The notes under the pieces are model-generated. The model had not been told where the DNA came from. It made no database searches and worked only from the letters and a program-made list of their open reading frames with translations. Shown one piece after another: positions 13,100 through 27,029 of a DNA stretch of 64,000 nucleotides; positions within the stretch are counted from its first letter, which is position 1, and every line of letters starts with the position of its first letter. The position numbers and the translations under genes are program-made. This stretch comes from Prorocentrum cordatum (lineage: Eukaryota), in contig CAUYUJ010000269.1 of the NCBI GenBank assembly GCA_963575745.1, forward strand, positions 1-64,000. The letters run 5' to 3'.

Positions 13100-13153
13100 C
13101 TGCGGCTTCCACTCGCGGTGCTTGTACCACGTGCCCACGTCCTCGCTCTCGAC
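13100..13153 (-). CDS. Predicted exon of MYND-finger gene: VESEDVGTWYKHREWKPQ
   Basis: CTCAG|GTC acceptor, CAG|GA donor, 54 nt, phase 0, almost all third codon positions G/C, complex peptide amid repeats. Confidence 0.7.
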
Positions 13154-14684
13154 CTGAGCAGGAGTGGACCGCGCCCGCGCAGGAGGGCGCCAAGGTGACG
13201 CTCGCTTCGCTGCTTCGTGGGGCGCACCTCTCAACGAGCCTCGCACATCTCACCCATCTACAAGGTGAGCGTCTTCTTGTTCGTTTCGGCACTGGGCGGA
13301 AGGAGGGGGGGGAGGGTGGGGGTCTGGCTCTGGACCCCTGCTTTATTAATGCCACTGCTTGCAGCAGTGCCTCCCAAGGGGGAGATTCCACCTGCTCGAA
13401 ACAGGCGCCAAAAACGGCCAAGACCTACTCCATGGAGGGGGGAGGGATGGGGGGATGCGAGGGCCCGCGCCGATCGTCAAAACAAGGAATAAGAAAACGA
13501 CCACAAGAAGAAGGGGCGGTATCAGCGTAAACTTTTGGCGCTCCGCGCGGATTTCTGGAATCTGCGCTGGACCCCCCTCCCTGTCGCGCGGAGCGCGCCA
13601 GGGGCGGCGCCGGAGGCGCCGGCAGGGGGGGGCCCAGCGCCAAACGTTCATGTTCATGCCGCTTGTTTTTCTGCGACCTTCCGCTCGTATGACGAATCCC
13701 ATCGCGCTCCCATGAAGGCCGTGAGACTGAACCTCGCGATGACGACGTCCGCTTCCTCGCGAAGGCTTCTGCGCTTCGCCGGTGCTCCGCATCGGCCGCT
13801 GCTCCGCACAGCTGCGGCCGCCAGCCCGCCTGCGCCCTCCCCGTTCGCCCGACGTCTGGCGGGCGCCTGCCGGCCGGATGCGACTCCCGTGGGACGAGAG
13901 CTGGAGGAGCACTGAGAAATCTCCTCCTCCTCCTCCTCCTCCTCCTCCTCCTCCCTCCTCCTCCTCCTCCTCCTCCTCCCTCCTCCTCGTCTCTTTCTCT
14001 CCCCTCTCCTCTCCTCCTCCTCCTCCTCATCCTACATCCTCTCCTCCTCCCCCTCCCCTCCTCCTCTCTCCTCCTCCTCCTCCTCCTCCTCCTCCTCCTC
14101 CTCCTCCAAGGGGAATCACAGAGACGAGCGAGTGCAACCATGGGGCCGCCGATGCAGCCGGGGTTCCAGGGGTGCGTCCGTCGTGCCTGCTGATGGGAAC
14201 ATGTTCCGTCGCTCCTCATCGCGGTACCACCTTCTGCTGTTGCCCTCGCAGTCGGACCGGATGTCCGAGGCGAGTTGCTGGTGGGTTTGCAGAAAACCCA
14301 TAAGCACAATCTGTTCAAGGAGTGGAGGGTGGTACTGGTGCGGAGGTGAAAATAATAACTGCGTGCGCGCGTCCACACCGCACACTTCGCACGTTCCGTG
14401 GACTGCGCGCTGGGATCGCTCCCAGATCCGCTACCAACTAGAATGGCGGGGCATGGAGGTTGTACGAGAGAAAGCATGCCGGCAATAAGATGTAGAATGC
14501 GCTGTTGAACTCTCCGTACACTATACAAATCTGCGTCGCCGCTCGGGCCCAACAGCGGCGACCCCTCGCGTTTGAGCAGAACGGAGAGGAGAAGGCGGAG
14601 GAGGAGGACGAGGAGGACGTCAGCATCGACGCCGACGTCCACGATGCCGTCTGCCCGAGCAGGCGAAGCTGAGCCAGCGGCCAC

Positions 14685-14717
14685 CTTCTCGTTCTCCTTC
14701 GGCCTCGCGGGCGGCTC
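14685..14717 (-). CDS. Predicted exon of MYND-finger gene: EPPARPKENEK(V)
   Basis: GAGCAG|GAGCCG acceptor shares CAGGAGCCG with the upstream donor at 32964. Donor is AAG|GT (or GTG|GC at 14682). Phase 0. Confidence 0.6.
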
Positions 14718-17577
14718 CTGCTCAGGGCCGCCACGTCGGGGGGAGGGGGGGCCGGGGCGCGTGGGGCGTCCGATCCTGCTCATGCTTGCCATCGCTCGGA
14801 CGTCCCTTCGCCGTGCAATGTTGTCGGCTTCGTGCGTGCATTTTCGTCGCCAGATGAGCCAAGCTGCTCCAAAGTGTTTCAGAATTTCTGCCGCTGGCAT
14901 CGACGAATGAAAACAGCTGCGGGTCGCCAGATCAGAATGGGACGCCACTCGAGGAGTCCTTGGGCAGAGGAGCCATCTCTCGAGGGCCCACGAGAGAGGT
15001 TGGAGGTCGGAGGGAGAGGCGAGGAGGAGGAGGAGGAGGAGGAGAAGAAAGAGGCAGGAGAGAAGGATGAGGAGGAGAAAGAGGAGGAGGAGGGGGAGGA
15101 GGAGGAGGAGGAGGAGGAGGAGGAGGAGGAGGAGGAGGAGGAGGAGGAGGAGGTGACTCGCTTACTCCAGCGCGGGGGGCGCGGGGCTCACCCATCCGCA
15201 AAAGCCCATGGGGGCTAACAAAACTGTGAGAGGGAGGAGGAGGAGGAGGAGGAGGAGGAGGAGGAGGAGGAGGAGGGGAGGGGGAGGTGAAGGAGGAGGA
15301 GGAGGAGGAGGAGGAGGAGGAGGAACAGGGAGGAGGAGGAGGAGGAGGAGGAGGAGGGGTAAGGAGGAGGAGGAGGAGGGGTAAGGAGGAGGAGGATGAT
15401 GATGAGGAGGAGGAGGAGGAGGAGGACGAGGAGGGAGGAGGAGGAGGAGGAGGGAGGAGGAGGAGGAGGAGGAGGAGGAGGAGGAGGCAGGCGCGACGGC
15501 GCTCCCCCTCCGCCTGTGCTGGGCCATCCGGCCTCGCGGGCCGCTCCCCGCGATGCGCGCCGCGCGGTCCATCTTCGCGCCCTCGCGCGGCCGCTCCGGC
15601 CAAGGCCGCGAGGCGCGCAGCTCTGCGTCTCCTCGGTCGCGCGCGCGCGCGCGCCCGCCGCTCGTGTTTGCGGGAGTGCGTTTAGGGGAGAGGGACAATC
15701 TAGGACTGTGGTTGTGCTCGCGCGCTCGTGTTTTGGGGGGGAGGACAATTTAAGACTGTGGTTTTTTGGGGGGACGACAGTTTAGGATTGTGGTTGTGCT
15801 CGCGCGCTCGTGTTTTGGGGGGGCACCAATCTAGGATTGTGTTTCTGGACTGCGTTGGATGCCCCGAGGCCCAAGTGCGGTATGCACCCACGAAGACACG
15901 CAGCCCTCAGTGTACGACCCTCCCGGGGACGGGGGGGATACGACAGGAGGACAACTTAGGATGATGAGGAGGACGAGGAGGAGGAGGAGGAGGAAGAGAA
16001 GGCGGAGGAGGAGGAGGAGGAGGAGGAGGAGGAGGAGGGGGGAGGAGGAGGAGGAGGAGGGGGGAGGAGGGGGGAGGAGGAGGAGGAGGAGGAGAGGGAG
16101 GAGGAGGAGGAGGAGGAGGAGGAGGAGGGGGAGGAGGACAAGCTAGGTGCGCTCGCGTCATATCTGACGTCCTACCCCTCCCTCCCATCCCTTACCATGG
16201 CGCTGATTTTCTCTATCCGCGGACGCGTGTCGTAGCGGACCTGTGGCTCCGCGCGCGCGTGCGTAGTGGGTGGTGGTGCGCGTGCGTGCGTGCGTGCGTG
16301 CGTGCGTGGTGGTGGTGTGGTGGTGGTGGTGGTGGTGGTGGTGGTGGTGGTGGTGTGGTGGTGGTGGTGGTGGTGGTGGTGGTGGTGCGGCGCGGTGGTG
16401 GCGGGCGGATGGGCGCGCGAGAAAGAGGCCCGCGCTGGGGCGAGAACGCCATCCTGAACGACGGAGGCCAAACACCGATCCGAAAATGAGGCCCACGCTG
16501 CAGCGGGAGCACGATTCGGAACGATTCGGGAGCAGAAATGAGGCCGGCGCCTCAGCGAGAGCAGCATTTTGAAAAAAAAACGCAGGCGAAAACCCAACTC
16601 CCGGGAATCCTGTGTTAAAAAACAGTACGCGGGGGGGGTCGGCTACTTTGAGGCCGCCATCGGGGGAAGAGGGAGAGTAGTATCCATATTGAGTAATTGT
16701 GGAGGAGGAGGACGAGGAGGAGGAGGAGGAGGAGGAGGAGGAGGAGGAAGGGGAAGAGGCAGGCGAGAAGGATTTGTTGCCTACGTAGGAGATCTTTGTG
16801 TTTTTGTGTCTCTGATTGGTGGTGAAGAGGGGGATGTCTGGGGATATAGTTTCAGAGGGCTGGAAGAACAGGAGGGGGAAGGACGGAAGGAGGAGGAGGA
16901 GGACAGGATGGGGAAATAAGAGGGTGGGGTGGGGGGACAACGGCGAGTAGGACTGAGGGTAGACCGAAAGAGGACGGCAGGAGAACAGGAGAGCGAAGAG
17001 GAGGATGAGCAGGAGAGAAGGATGCAAGGCATGACAGGAGGAGGAATAGACTCATGAAGAGGATGATGAGGATGAGGGGGAGGATCATCATCAGCAGCAG
17101 CAGCATCATCATCATCATCATCATCACCACCATCATCATCATCATCACCACCACCATCATCATCATCATCATCATCATCACCATCACCATCATCATCATC
17201 ATCATCAGCATGATCGTCGTGATGGCCAGCGTCTTCAACACCAGCATCGGCACCATCAGCATCATCAACACCATCATCATCAGCAGCAGCAGGATCGACA
17301 TTCGCACCAAGAGCATGCTCGTCCTCATTGTCCGGATTTTCCTCTTCGTACTCCTCATCCTCCTACGTCAACAGAAAGTCCTCCTGCTGCTGCGGATGGG
17401 GAGGCAAATTTGCAAGTCGGATGGCCGCTTGAGGAGGAGGAAGAGGAAGAGGAAGAGGAGGAGGAGTAGGAGGAGGAGGAGGAGGAGGAGAAGAACCCGC
17501 AGCAGCAAGAGGGAGAGGGAAAGGGATGAGGGAGGTGGAAGGGGGAGGAGGGAGGTGAGAGGGAGAAGGGGGCCCCA

Positions 17578-18362
17578 CGAGGCTCTTCAGAGGCCCAAGG
17601 AAGCTCTTCAGATGGACCCAAGAGGCTCTTCAGAGGTGCCCAAAAAGCCCTTCAGGAGGTCTCAGGGGCTCTTCAGGGTGGCAAGACGCTCTTCAGGGGG
17701 GGCAAGAGGCTCTTCAGAGGCCCCCGCCAAAAGCTTTTCAGGGTGCCCAAGAGGCTCTTCAGAGGCCCCAAGACGCTCTTCACAGGCTCTGCAGAGGCGC
17801 CAGGAGGCCTTTCAGAGGCCCCAGTGTGCTCTCTTCAGGTGCCTCAACAAGCTCTTCAGAAGCTCCATGCAGCTCTTCCGGGGGCAAGGCGCTCTTCAGG
17901 GGGGCCAAGACGGCGCTCCAGAGGCCACCCGGAAGCTCTCCAGAGGCCCCAGGAAGCGCATCAGAGGCCCCAAGAGGCCCTGTAGAGGCCCCAAGAGGCT
18001 CTTCAGAGGCCCCATGACGCTCTTCAGGGGGCCCAGGAAACTCTTCGGGGGGGCCCAAGAGGCTCTTCAGGGGGCCCAAGAGGCTCTTCGGAGGCCACCC
18101 GGAAGCTCTTCAGAGGCCCCAAGCGGCTCTTCAGAGGCACCAAGAATCTCTTTAGAGGCCCGAAGAGGCTCTCTACTTGGAGGCTTTTCAGAGGCCCCAA
18201 GACGCTCTTCAGGGGGCCCAGGAGACTCTTCGGGGGGGGGGCCTTCAGGGAGCCTTGAGGGGCCCAGAGCCCCAAGACGCTCTTCAGGGGGGCCAGGAGG
18301 CTCTTCAGCGGGGCCCAGGAAGCCCGTCAGGGAAGATTCAGGGGGTCCAAGAGGCTCTTCAG
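17578..18362. repeat. ~21-bp GGCTCTTCAGAGGCCCCAAGA minisatellite
   Basis: Many degenerate tandem units. Confidence 0.9.
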
Positions 18363-19532
18363 AGCCTGTTTCACCGTTCTGGAGGATCCATCTACCCTTG
18401 AGAACCCGTGGCCGTGCCAAAGCCCAACGGGCCGCACAAAAGCTCGTCTGGCCGCAGTGGAACCTGATCTTCCCCCCAGGAGCCCCTCCTTGGGGAGGCC
18501 TTTGAAGGGGGTAGAGGATGTTAGGAGGTTTCCCTCAGACGGAGAGTTTTTGCAGGGATCAGGGGGGGGACATCGGGGTTTTCCCCTCCAGCCCCCTCCC
18601 TCAGAGAGAGGTTCTGGGGGGGCTTTTTTTGCACTTTGCACAAGTGGAGACGCGAGTCACAGCCTCGAGCGCCCCGACCAAGCCCCGCGGCGCGCCAACG
18701 CGCGCGCCGCTCCTCAGAGGTACCTTGGAGGTGGGGGGAGAGGACCCCCGGCCACGACTCCCAGAGGGTGGGGCCCCAGCCGGGGAGGCTGAGGGGGGCC
18801 CACGGGAGACCTGCGCGACCAAGGGCGCGGTTTTAAAAACCCGGACCCAGGACCCAAAACGACACGACGAACGACGGGGGGACGACGGAGGGGGGGGAGG
18901 GAGGGCCCGCCACGCACGACCCGCCCAGGGGAGGGCAGGACTGCGTGTGTGACGGGGAGCTGCCTCCGCGAACGTCATTGGCAGCACACCGCATAACGGG
19001 GCGGTGCCACCCGGGGCCCAGGCAGTACGGCTCGCCCCCGTAGCGGCAATCTGAAAATTTGCCGGCCTGACGGCAGGTTCTGGGGGGGCTAGGAAAGGTT
19101 AGGGGGCTCTCCCTCCAGCCCCCCCCCCCCTCAGAGGGAGGCTTTAGGGCAGGATTCAATGAATTCTTCCACCCCTCTCAATGAGGGTTATGGGGGGTTC
19201 AGGGGGGGCTGGGATTTCCCCCCTGAAACCTCTCCTCTGGCTTAGGTGAGGCTCTCCCCCGACCCCCCCTCAGGGAAGGTTTCTTGAAGGGGTCAGGGGG
19301 TATTGTGGGGCTTCCCCCCAATCCTCTCTCAGGGTGTTTTTAAAGGGGGTTGGGGGGGCGATCGGGGTGGGGGCGAGGGTTTTCCCCCCGGACCCGCCTC
19401 CAGAGTTTTGTAAAGGGTGGGGTTGGCTGTTGCTTCCTCCCAGATTGGGCTTTCGGGGAGGATCAGGGAATGTGCCACCCGAGCCCCCACTCAGGCTTTT
19501 GGTGTGTGTGTGTGTGTGATGTGTGTGATGTG

Positions 19533-19603
<71 letters not shown>

Positions 19604-20104
19604 GGGGGGGGGTTAGTGCAGGATCGGTGGGTTTTCCCCCCGGACCCCTCTCAGGAGGATTTGTTGTAAGGTTAGCGGTGGGCGGGTGTTTTTGTCCACC
19701 CAGACCCCTCCCTAATCGTACGGAATGTTGTTGGAGACGGCGGCCGTTGAGAATCTGGGTGTCGTGTAGCAGAGGGCTTCGCTCAGCTGTTGTAGTCAGC
19801 TTGGGGAGGGGCCTCGTCGAGCAGCCGGTGATGCACAGTAGGGGGGCACGTCTAGTACTACAGAGGCTTCCTGAATCAACTTGGGGAGGGGCCTTGTCAA
19901 TCAGTGGGTGGTGCACGTCTAGCACCAAGGATGTTGTATTAATCATCTTGGGGAGGGGCCTCGTCTAGCAGCGGGCAGGCACAGCAGAAGTGCACGTCTA
20001 ATACAGACTGCGTGCTGCACAGCTTGGGGCAGGGGCCTCGTCTAGCCGCCTTGAAAACGAAAGCCGTGGAGTGCTGATGTCTGCTGGAGATGGAGCCTTA
20101 GGCG

Positions 20105-21925
20105 TACTCGGTGCTGTGCTGCTGGCTGCTGGGTATTGGGTGTCGCGTTGGAGACGGAGGCTGTTGAGCACTGGGTGCTGTGTTGGAGACGGATGCTGTT
20201 GAGTACTTTGTGTTGTGTTGAACACGGAACCACGGCGGACGGGCGGCCGCCGGCGGGCGGGCGGCGTGCGGGCTGACCAGGATTAGACAAACAAATCTGG
20301 ACGATTTCTCTTGCAGCGGGACGCTGTTGAGGGCTGGTTGTTGTGTTGGAGACGGATGCGGTTGAGTCCTGCGCGTCGTGTTGAAGACGGACGCTGCTGA
20401 GTACTGGTTGTTGTGTTGGTCACGGAAACACGGCGGACGAGTGGCGGGCTGTTGGGGGGCGAGCGGGCGGGCGGCGGGGGGGCGCAGCGGGATTTGATTG
20501 CAGCTCCCAAGGTTTTTCTCGTGCAGCGGGATGGTGTTGCGAACTGGTTGTTGTGTTGGGGACGGACGCTGTTGAGTCCTGGGTGTTTTGTTCGAGGCGG
20601 ATGCTGCTGAGTACTGGGTGTTGCGTTGGACACGGGAGCACAGCGGACGCGTGGCGGGCTGCTGGAGGGCGGGCGGGCGGATTGGGAGTTCAATACTCCC
20701 ATCAGTCGTCTCTTGCAGCGGGATGCTATCACTGCTGAGTGTTTGCGTTGGACGCGAAGGCTCATGAATACTGGATGTTGTGTTGGAGAGGGGTGGTGTG
20801 GAACACTGGGTGTCTTGTTGAACACGGCAACACGGCGGACGCGTGGCGGACTGCGGGCGCCGGTTCACGGACCACCAAAAACCCGATCCGCCCGCCCGCC
20901 GCCGGCCCGCCCCCCGCCCGCCGTGCTCTCGCACCCAACACCCAGTGCTCAACAGCCCCCGTCCCCAACATAACACCCAGGACTCAACAGCATCCCGCTG
21001 CAAGAGAGGATCCTTAGGAATTCTATTGCAGTCTGGACCTTTCCGCCCGCCCCTCAACAGCCCGCCCACTGTGCTTCCGCGTTCAACACAACACCCAGTA
21101 CTCAACAGCATCCGTCTCAGACGCAACACCCAGTACCCAACAGCCTCCATCGCCAACAAAACACACAATATTTTAAGAGCATCCCGCTGCACGGGAGAAT
21201 CTCCAAGACATCTATTACAATCCCGAACTGCCCCGCCCGCCCGCCGCCTGCAGCCCGCCACCCGGCCGCCGTGCTTCCGTGTCCAGCACACTATCCAATA
21301 CTCAACAGCATCTTCTCCTACACAGCCTCCAGTGCTCAACCGCCTCAATCTCCAACACGACACACAATACTCAAAGGCATCCCACTGCAAACGAAACACT
21401 TCTGGAGTTCGATTGAAGCCCCGATCCGCCCGCCCGCCGCCCGCCGCCCGCTCGCCTCCCGCACCCGCCACCCGCCCGCCGCGCTTCCGCGACCACCACA
21501 ACACCAAGTATCCAACAGCATCCGTCTCCAACAAAACACCCAGGACTCAACAACATTCGTCTCCAATACAGCAACCAATACTCAACACCATCCCGCTGCA
21601 AGAGACAACCTGTAGGACCTCTGTTGGAAAACCTGATCCGCCCGCCCGCCGCATGCCCACCGACCGCGCGCCGCCCGCCGTGCTTCCGTGATCAACGCAA
21701 CACCCAGTACTCAATAGCATCCGTCTCCAACCCAACACCCAATACTCAACAGCCTCCGTCTTCAACACAACATCCAGGACTCAACACCATCCGAACGAAA
21801 GAAAAACACCTTCGTTTTTTTGATTCAGCTCCCGCTTTGCTCGCCCGCCGCCCGCCCGCCCACCAGCAACCCGCCACTCGTCCGCCGTGCTTCCGTGTTC
21901 AACAAAACACCCCGTACTCAACATA
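20105..21925. repeat. Inverted (foldback-like) array of ~200-bp composite units
   Basis: Units read ...GTGTTGAACACGGAACCACGGCGGACG... up to about 20860 and as the reverse complement ...CGTCCGCCGTGCTTCCGTGTTCAAC... after about 20885. Confidence 0.8.
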
Positions 21926-22204
21926 ATCAGTCCCCAACGCAGGCCCCCCACTGGAGGGGAAACTCCCCAACCCTTCCAAAAAGTCACCCTGAAGGAGGGG
22001 TGCGGTCGGGGATGGAATCCCCCTATCACACCCTCCACACCCCATCTCCTGAGGGTGGGATCCAAGGGGAAAGCCCTCTTAACCCCCTACACCCTTAACC
22101 TCCCCCAAAAACCTTCCTGAGAAGAAGCTTCGGGGGGGAACTCCCCTGCCCCCCCCCCCCAAGTGCTTCAAAAGCAAATAAGGAAACTTACCGAAAGGAG
22201 GGGT

Positions 22205-22261
<57 letters not shown>

Positions 22262-22748
22262 TTTCTACTACTACTACTCCTACTCCTACTCCACTACTAC
22301 TACTACTACTACTACTAATACTACTTACTACTAGTACTAGTACTAGTACTAGTACTAGTACTAGTACTAGTACTAGTACTAGTACTAGTACTACTAGTAC
22401 ACTACCACTACCACTACCACTACCACTACCACTACCACTACCACTACCACTACCACTACCACTACCACTACAACCACTACTACTACTACTACTACTACTA
22501 CAACTACTACTACTACTGCTACTACTACAACTTCTACTACCACTACTACTATTACTAATATTACTACCACGGCGAATACCACTATTAATACTACTACTAC
22601 TACTACTACAACTACTACTACTACTACTACTACTACTACGATTAATACTACGACTACTACTACTACTGCTACTACTACTACTACTAATGTTGCTAGAACC
22701 ACGACTACCACCACTACTACTACTGATACTGCTACCACCGCTACCACT

Positions 22749-22798
<50 letters not shown>

Positions 22799-23017
22799 AA
22801 CTACAACTACTACTGCTACTACTACGACGACTACTACTACTACTGCTACGATTGCTACCACTACTACGAGTACTACTAGTACTACCACGGCTGTCACTAC
22901 GACTACTACCACTACTGCTACCACTACTACTACTACTACTACGACGACGACGACGACGACGACGACTACTACTACTACTACTACTGCTACCACCACTACT
23001 ACAACTACTACTACTAT

Positions 23018-23053
<36 letters not shown>

Positions 23054-23852
23054 CATTACTACTACTACTTCTAATACGATTACTGCAAGTACTCCCACGG
23101 CCACACCAACGATCACTGCGACTACTGCGACTACTACGACTACCACGACTACAACTACTACTACGACTACTACTGCTACTACTACTACTACTACTGCTGC
23201 TACTACTACTACTACTACTCCTACTACTACTACTACTACTACTACTACGAGGACTACTACTACCGTTATACGACGTCTATTGGTGCGCCTTTTTCGCAAA
23301 CATGGCTACACCCACCACTGCTACATCAACCACCGCTTCCGCCTCCATCTCCACCTCCAGCACAACCTGCAACACCGCTCGCACAACCTACACGGAGTGA
23401 GAGTGACCCTGCAGTGCTAGTGGCACTGGCGGGGGAAGTGGTCGCAACTGCAATCGTAACGCGGGACATGGGAGTAGCAGAAGTAGTGGCACTGAGAGAC
23501 GATTCGCCCGAGGTGAAGGCAATAGTCATAGCACTGGCGGTTTGTGAGGATCACGAAAATGAGCGGGGAAGGTCAAGACCCACAGCACCATGGAATTAGG
23601 ATGGGGGGTGGTTGTAGCGGGGTTTGCGAAGTCAGTGATGGCAGTATTAGTAGCAGAAGACATAGCACCAAGACGAAGCATGGAAGACATAGCCGTAGTA
23701 GTGATGAAACATACATGGCCGGAGAAGTAGCAGTAGTAGAACTTGCTGTAGTAAGGACACAGGCCAGTACACGGAGACCCGTACTGACAGTAAAAATACG
23801 GTTGGTGGTGGTAGTAGTCGTAGTAGCAGTATTATTAGTACTAGTAGTACTT

Positions 23853-23892
<40 letters not shown>

Positions 23893-23996
23893 AAGTAGCA
23901 GTAGCAGTAGTAGTAGTAGCAGTAGTAGTAGTAATAGTAGTAGTAGTAGTAGTAGTAGTCGTAGTAGAAGTAGTAGTAGTAGTAGTGACAGCAGTA

Positions 23997-24029
<33 letters not shown>

Positions 24030-24035
24030 GTCGTC

Positions 24036-24066
<31 letters not shown>

Positions 24067-24320
24067 CGGTAGTGGTAGTAGTAGTAGTAGTAGTAGCAGT
24101 AGTAAAAGTAGTAGTAGTGGTAGTATTAGCAGCAATAGTAGTAGTAGTAGTGGCAGTAGCCGTAATAGAAGTAGTAGTAGTAGTAGTAGTAGTAGCAGAA
24201 CTAGTAGTAGTAGCAATGATAGTAGTAGCCGTCGTCGTGGCAATAGTAGTAGTAGTAGTAGTAGTAGTAGTCGTAGTAGTCGTGGGGATACGAGTCTGAT
24301 TAAGAATGGTAGTAGTGACC

Positions 24321-24354
<34 letters not shown>

Positions 24355-25300
24355 CAGTAGTAGTAGTAGTAGTAGTAGTCGTAGTAGTAGTGGTAGTAGT
24401 AGTAGTCGTCGTGGTAGTAATAGTGGACATGCTAGTAGTAAGAGTAGTAGTGGTAAGAGCAGTCGGGATGAAGAAAGTAGTGCTAGTTGTAGTAGTAGCA
24501 ATAGTAGTGGTAGTCGTCGTAATAGTAGTAGTAGTCGTAGTAGTATTAGTAGCAGTAGCAATGATAGTAGTAGTCGTCGCCGTCGTAGTGATAGTAATAG
24601 TAGCCGTAGTAGTCATAGGGATACAGGTCTGATCAGGAATTGTAGTAGTAGTAGTAGTAGAAGTAGTAGTAGTAGTAAGTGTAGACATGATCGTAGTGGT
24701 AAGGAGTAGTAGTGGTAGGAGCAATCGGAATGAAGAAAGTAAAAGGTAGTTGTAGTAGTCGTAGTAGTAGTAGTAGTAGTAGAAGTCGTAGTAGTAGTAG
24801 TAGTAGTCGCCGTACTACCACTAATACGACTAGTCATATCCGTAGTAGTCGTCGTGGTCGTATTAATACTAATAGGACTCTTACAAGTAGTGGTGATAGT
24901 GGCAAGAATAGTGATAGTAGTAATACGAGTAGTTGCGATAGTAGTGGCAGTAGAAATGATCGTCGACGCCGTGGTAGCAGCGGTAGTAATAGCAGCAAGA
25001 CTGGTAGTCGCCGTCGTAGTGGGAGTCGCCGTAGTAGTAGTACTCGTGGTAGTATTAGAAGTAGTAGTAGTGGTAAAAGAAGTAGTAGCAGCAGCAGTCG
25101 CAAAACTAATAGAAGTTGTCGTCGTATAAGTAGGAATAGAAATAGTAGTAGCACTCGTATAAGTAATGGTAGTAGTGATCGTAGTCGTCGTCGTCGTCGT
25201 CGTGATAACAATAGCAGCAGTGGTAATAGCAGTAGTACTAGTACTCGTGGTGGTAATAATAGTTTAACAAGTCGTCGCCGTAGTAGTAGCAGTAGTAGTC

Positions 25301-25334
<34 letters not shown>

Positions 25335-25394
25335 CAGTAGTAGTAGTGATGGTACTGGTAGTGGTGGTAGTCGTCGAGGTAACAATAGTAGTAA

Positions 25395-25428
<34 letters not shown>

Positions 25429-25463
25429 CGTAGTAGTAGCAGTAGTAGTGGTAGTCGTCGTAA

Positions 25464-25511
<48 letters not shown>

Positions 25512-25566
25512 GAGTACGGACAATTGTAGTGGCAATAGTAGTTGTAGTAGTCTATCGGCAGAAATC

Positions 25567-25598
<32 letters not shown>

Positions 25599-25695
25599 CG
25601 TAGTAGCAGTAGTAGTAGTAGTAGTAGTAGTCGTAGTAGTAGTAGTAGTAGTAGTAGTCGTAGTCGTAGTAGTAGCAGTAGTAGTAATAGTAGTA

Positions 25696-25733
<38 letters not shown>

Positions 25734-25860
25734 TGTAGTTGTATCTCTACCAGTAGTATTAATAGTAGTAGTCGTCGTTGTAGTCGCAGTAAACGTAGTA
25801 GTAACAGCAGCAGCAGCAGTAGTAGTAGTAGCAATGATAATAACAATCGTAGTGGCAGTA
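22205..25860. repeat. (CTA)n tract followed by inverted (TAG)n tract
   Basis: CTA/CTAGTA/CTACCA repeats at 22205-23260, a spacer, then TAG repeats at about 23640-25860. Confidence 0.95.
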
Positions 25861-26733
25861 GTGTTAATCGTCAGTGGTCGTCGAAGTTGTCCTAGTTTTC
25901 GCGGCTGTAGTCTGATTGGCATGATGGTAACCAAGAGGTAGAGGAATATAAGGTGCATTTTGAACAGCAGAAGAAGGATCACTTCCGATAGAGCCACAAA
26001 CCGGTGGCCCAGATGGGTCGGAGGTGCAGGAATAATAAAAGTAGTGGTGGGGGTAGTTGTGTTAGTGTTCCCTGTCGTCCTAGTGGTATCAGTGGAGGTG
26101 ACAGAAGCAGTAGCATCTGGTTCTCGTGGGATGACGGCAATCAGAAGGATGGATCGCAGGAGAAAAAATGCTGGGGGCGGGTCCAGGGCGAAAACCTCTC
26201 AACTCCGCTCTGCCGGGGGGAAACCCCCAACCACCCTGTGAGGAGATGTGAGGGGGGGGGGTCCAGGGGGGGTTCTGGGAACTGACACGCCCTACTGAGG
26301 GGCGCACCCGCTCGGGGTCGCAACTGTTTGCGACCTCCTAGAAAAAGCGGCTGAGAGCGTTGGGCTAAGACGCCAGTCAATTTGCTCACATTGCGTGTCG
26401 CCAGGGGCAGGAGGAAGGACAATTAAGAATGATGACGATGCAGATGAGGAGGGAGGAGTGCTGGAGAGAGGTATCTTATCGTATCGTATGATCAGCGCAG
26501 CCGTAGTCTCGCTGAGTCCTAGTGGGGCAGCCCGCATGGACTCCGGTTGGAAAGCAGACGGCAGTCCTATGCAGGCACCGTCTCCTCCTCCTCCCCCTCC
26601 TCCTCCTCCTCCTCCACGCATTCCCAGCCTCCTCCTCCTCCTCCTCATCATCATCAGCATCATCATCAGCATCATCATCACTTGTTCCACGCACCCATTC
26701 CCAGCCTCCTCCCGCACGAAGGGCGCCGCACTC

Positions 26734-26772
26734 TCACAGCTCCTGCTTCTCCGGGGCTGGCATTTGCTCCAC
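26734..26772 (-). CDS. Predicted last exon of PDI-like gene: VEQMPAPEKQEL*
   Basis: CCGAAG|GTG acceptor, phase 0, ends in KDEL-like KQEL then TGA. In phase with the GAG|GC donor at 27797. Confidence 0.6.
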   Translation of the reverse strand: MEQMPAPEKQEL

Positions 26773-26987
26773 CTTCGGGGGCGCGCGAATCCAGGTCAGC
26801 GCAAACCCTTGGCCAGGCAAGGGTCAGCGCCGATCCCGGGGCACCCAAGGGCCCAGCCCAGGTCAGCGCTGACCCAAGACAGGCTAACCCAGGTCGCGAG
26901 CTCTGACCGGCCGCAAAGTATGAAGAGGCCCAGGGATACACAAACAAATAGACACACATCCCAATATTCCCCATCTTTTTCCATATC

Positions 26988-27029
<42 letters not shown>

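Noticed and set aside
22394..25997. Long poly-V/T/L/S ORFs (also poly-M/I/E/P ORFs at 434-1560, 35311-36802 and 38384-40071)
   Set aside because: They are translations of trinucleotide microsatellites with no domain content.
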